In this document: one piece after another, positions 60,706 through 64,000 of the stretch
Numbering within the stretch: the stretch's first letter is position 1
How the letters are laid out: every line of letters starts with the position of its first letter
Source: Candidatus Thorarchaeota archaeon
GTDB lineage: Archaea > Asgardarchaeota > Thorarchaeia > Thorarchaeales > Thorarchaeaceae
DNA length: 64,000 bases
Direction of reading: 5' to 3'
NCBI GenBank assembly: GCA_011364985.1
Contig: RDOC01000002.1
Location: 128,001 to 192,000, forward strand
Translations under genes and position numbers: made by a program
Notes under the pieces: model-generated
Told to the model about the DNA's origin: nothing
Seen by the model: the letters and a program-made list of their open reading frames with translations, nothing else
The model's database searches: none

Positions 60706-60817
60706 TGGTTGACAATGCTCTTGCTAATCTAGGAATCCATTGGATTCCAAGAGGTGGCGACACTGGCAAGAGAGGGGCGGAACACAGAGGTTTCATGCAG
60801 TTGTGGTTCACTCACAA
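60703..60817 (+). ncRNA. putative TnpB omega/reRNA scaffold 3' part and element right end, copy 2
   Basis: Conserved with 48977-49093, with a structure-preserving hairpin swap. Confidence 0.65.
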
Positions 60818-61207
60818 TTTTAAAAGCAGGTCATACACTACAGGGGCTCGGATTGCTCGGCCTCCAGCATTTCTCCGAACTTGTAGCACCAGCCCTAGTT
60901 TCACAACCGGTTTTGTAGAAACTGAAGATTTTTCTCGATACAGAACTGCTTCCTGTCAGTCTGTTAGCCAACTAGCGCAATGCTTTTTACCGAAGAAGCT
61001 AGTATGTACACTGGTTCACCCAAACCTGCCTAGATGATATTCTATCTTTCGTTTTATGGAAAGGTTTTTATCAAGACAATTTGCCGTCCGAATAGCCCAG
61101 GCAGAACTGCTTCCCACTCTAGCATGGCCAAGCGTTACATTCCATAGAAGCCATTATACTACATGACTATATGTCTGGCATGTCACGGTGGCCTGTGATG
61201 ACGATAG

Positions 61208-61284
61208 GGGCTCGTGGCGCAGCTAGGTAGCGCAGCAGGCTTTTAACCTGATGGCCGCGGGTTCGAATCCCGCCGAGCCCGCCA
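61208..61284 (+). tRNA. tRNA-Lys(TTT), intronless
   Basis: GGGCTCG/CGAGCCC-G-CCA, CT TTT AA loop, TTCGAAT. Confidence 0.95.
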
Positions 61285-61448
61285 TATCCCTATCGCCGAG
61301 TGGTGCCAATCGGTTTCTGTTCAGGCTAAAACATACGGGGCGGCTATTGCAGCAGATGGGTGAGCTCGGATTTCTCTGGGTTCCATGCGTTGGGAAGCGT
61401 GTATGTTTGCAGTAGTTCCCCCGTCCTTCAAGATCATGGTGTTGCGAT

Positions 61449-64000
61449 ATGGCAGCTGGCACAGAAGAAAGGGGCAAGTATTGGACGGTCATTGAGTCCT
61501 TCTTCGATCAGTTTGGCCTAGTAGGTCAGCATCTGGACTCGTTCAACCGATTCCTTAGCGAAGAGCTTCAGCAAGTGGTTGATAGTGTTGCACGGCTTAA
61601 TCCAAAGGTCGAAGGGTACCATGTAGAGCTGGGCAATATTATCGTCGAGGCCCCCTCAGTTAGAGAAGCTGATGGAAGTGAGCATCCTCTGTTTCCCAAT
61701 GAAGCAAGGATTAGAAACCTGACCTATGCAAGTAAGCTCTACTTGGATATGACCCCTGTCCGCAAGGAGGGGTCAATCTCAACCAGAATGGAAACGATGA
61801 GAATCTACATTGGCGATATTCCTATTATGCTCAGGAGCGAGAAATGCCTTCTCCATGGTATGTCCAACGAAGAGCTAATCCAGAAAGGTGAAGACCCGAA
61901 GGATCCAGGCGGCTACTTCATAATCAACGGGTCCGAACGTGTTCTTGTCACACAGGAGGACCTTGCACCTAATCGGATTCTAATCGAAGAGGCAAGCAAG
62001 AGCTCGAGTTACACACACATTGGCAAGGTGTTCTCCACCTCCCGTGGATTCCGAGCCCCAGTTACAATTGAGAGAAAGCGGAATGGAGAGCTTCGTGTAT
62101 CATTCCCCTCTGTGCCAGGAAAGATTCCCCTTGCTATTCTCCTCAAGTCCCTTGGTCTAGAGTCAGATAGAGAAATTGTAGATGTCATCTCCGATGATGA
62201 TGAAATCCGAAACGAACTCATTGTCACAATCGAACAGTCAGCTCCCATCAATGCAACTCGCGAAGATGAGGAGAGCACAACAAGAGAGAATGCCCTTGAC
62301 TTCATTGGAAAGCGTGTAGCTGTCGGACAGACAAAGGAGTATCGTCTTGCCCGAGCAGAAAAGGTTCTTGACCGTTATCTTCTCCCGCATATTGGAACTG
62401 AAGAGGAGCATCGTTTGCAGAAGGCCTACTATCTTGGACAAATGGTGGAACGTCTTCTTGAACTAGTTCTATCCAAGCGGCAGCCCGATGATAAGGACCA
62501 CTATGCCAACAAGAGACTGAAGCTATCTGGGGATTTGCTGATGTCTCTCTTCAGAGTGGCATTGTACTCCTTGACTCGTGATATCAAGTATCAACTTGAG
62601 AGAACAGCAGTACGAGGTCGAAAACCAAACATCCGTACTGCAGTCAGAGCTGATGTAATCACTCAGCGTCTAAAGCACGCTTTGGCAACAGGCAACTGGG
62701 TCGGCGGCAAGGCTGGTGTTTCACAGCTACTAGATCGTACAAATTACATCTCATCCCTCTCACACCTTCGACGAGTGGTATCCCCCCTCTCGCGGTCACA
62801 ACCACATTTCGAAGCACGAGACCTTCACTCAACCCACTGGGGAAAGATATGTCCAAACGAAACTCCTGAAGGTCCAAACTGTGGTCTTGTCAAGAATATT
62901 GCAATGATGGCCTATATCTCGGTAGGCACTGACGAAATTGCCGTGGAAAAGGCTCTTTTGAAGGCCGAGGTGGAGAGTATTGAGAAGATACGTGGAAAAC
63001 GTGGTACAAAGTGGGCCGACGTGTTTCTAAACGGTCGACTTGTAGGTATCCATCCTGCACCACAGGTCTTGGTAAAGACTATCCGACAGAAACGGCGTGC
63101 TGGCGAAATCGACCATGAGGTCAATATCGCATACTACGAAAATACGCACGAAGTACAGGTCAACTGTGATGCAGGCCGAGTAAGAAGGCCTCTCATAGTT
63201 GTTGAGAATGGAAAGAGCAGACTAACTGACGAGCATCTACGAATGGTCCAAGATGGTGAATGGACTTTCAACGACCTAATGAGAAATGGAATAGTCGAGT
63301 TCTTGGATGCAGAAGAAGAGGAGAATACACTAATTGCAATGTATCCAAACGAACTTGGTCCAGATACAACCCATCTCGAAATTGAACCCTCGACAATTCT
63401 AGGTATTTCTGCAGCACTCATTCCGTTTCCAGAACGAAATCAGTCACCTCGTAACGTCTACATGGCAGGAATGGCAAAGCAGTCTGTTGGAGTGCCGGCA
63501 TCGAACTTCAAGTATCGTGCTGACACACGTTCGCACTTCTTCCATTATCCACAGATACCACTAGTCAAGACTCGTGCAATGGACTCAATAGGATACGAGG
63601 AGCGACCTGCAGGGCAGAACTTCATCGTTGCAATTCTCTCCTTTGAGGGTTACAACATTGAAGATGCTCTGATTATGAACAAAGCATCTATTGAGAGAGG
63701 TCTAGGTAGGAGCACTTTTGCCCGAGTCTACGAGAGCGAAGAGCGAAAGTATCCTGGCGGTCAGGAAGACAAGTTTGAGATTCCCGATCGCAGTGTTCGT
63801 GGATACAGGGCTTCCGAATCTTACCGTAATCTGGGCGAGGATGGTATCATTGAAACCGAGGTGGAAGTACAAGGCGGTGATGTGCTTATTGGTAGAACTT
63901 CCCCACCAAGGTTCCTAGAAGAATACTCCGAGTTCGAGATGGCTTCGCCAAATCGACGTGAAACTTCTGTTGCTGTACGTCACGGAGAGTCAGGCGTTGT
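61449..64000 (+). CDS. rpoB: DNA-directed RNA polymerase subunit B (Rpo2, unsplit), partial; runs off the window
   Basis: Manual translation: QHLDSFN, EARIRNLTYAS, GGYFIINGSERV, DKDHYANKRL, ETPEGPNCGLVKN, GYNIEDA; not in the ORF track. Confidence 0.97.
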   Translation, partial: MAAGTEERGKYWTVIESFFDQFGLVGQHLDSFNRFLSEELQQVVDSVARLNPKVEGYHVELGNIIVEAPSVREADGSEHPLFPNEARIRNLTYASKLYLDMTPVRKEGSISTRMETMRIYIGDIPIMLRSEKCLLHGMSNEELIQKGEDPKDPGGYFIINGSERVLVTQEDLAPNRILIEEASKSSSYTHIGKVFSTSRGFRAPVTIERKRNGELRVSFPSVPGKIPLAILLKSLGLESDREIVDVISDDDEIRNELIVTIEQSAPINATREDEESTTRENALDFIGKRVAVGQTKEYRLARAEKVLDRYLLPHIGTEEEHRLQKAYYLGQMVERLLELVLSKRQPDDKDHYANKRLKLSGDLLMSLFRVALYSLTRDIKYQLERTAVRGRKPNIRTAVRADVITQRLKHALATGNWVGGKAGVSQLLDRTNYISSLSHLRRVVSPLSRSQPHFEARDLHSTHWGKICPNETPEGPNCGLVKNIAMMAYISVGTDEIAVEKALLKAEVESIEKIRGKRGTKWADVFLNGRLVGIHPAPQVLVKTIRQKRRAGEIDHEVNIAYYENTHEVQVNCDAGRVRRPLIVVENGKSRLTDEHLRMVQDGEWTFNDLMRNGIVEFLDAEEEENTLIAMYPNELGPDTTHLEIEPSTILGISAALIPFPERNQSPRNVYMAGMAKQSVGVPASNFKYRADTRSHFFHYPQIPLVKTRAMDSIGYEERPAGQNFIVAILSFEGYNIEDALIMNKASIERGLGRSTFARVYESEERKYPGGQEDKFEIPDRSVRGYRASESYRNLGEDGIIETEVEVQGGDVLIGRTSPPRFLEEYSEFEMASPNRRETSVAVRHGESGV

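Larger units (their letters stand above)
56597..60817. mobile_element. divergent nuclease-tnpB cassette immediately downstream of tRNA-Asp
   Basis: Same arrangement survives in degraded form at 47801-49093; no transposase or integrase is visible. Confidence 0.5.

Noticed and set aside
60702-61037. 111-aa ORF after tnpB
   Set aside because: Covers the RNA scaffold, and the frame is not preserved in the second copy
62009-63918. Minus-strand ORFs near the window end
   Set aside because: Antisense shadows of rpoB

Overview
Archaeal chromosomal segment, most likely from an Asgard archaeon (Thorarchaeota-like). This is inferred from gatD/gatE, an unsplit Rpo2, LRR/HEAT proteins, GGTGA/GGAGG Shine-Dalgarno sites and many TTG/GTG starts, and was not confirmed by any search. 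The first ~37 kb is mostly housekeeping: acdA, atpD, nac, a Trm5/Taw2-family gene, pan, MBF1, tfe, gatDE, pgk, rpiA, endA, hycI and mtnA. It also holds an unusual ECF transporter operon and an AAA+/ribbon-helix-helix pair behind a perfect 27-bp palindrome. From ~37.7 to ~61 kb the sequence is accessory and decaying: an orphan DNA methylase, several pseudogenes, an inverted tRNA-Asp att-like copy, and two copies (one with intact tnpB, one heavily deleted) of a divergent cassette pairing a PD-(D/E)XK nuclease gene with a large TnpB. That TnpB has a Fanzor-type rearranged RuvC site and a conserved structured 3' RNA. rpoB starts at 61449 and runs off the window (absent from the ORF track). I find nine tRNA genes. 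Six carry introns (about 11 in total, about 7 at non-canonical positions), including a tRNA-Tyr that I parse as having four introns and a 3-nt micro-exon. No CRISPR array or rRNA gene was seen.
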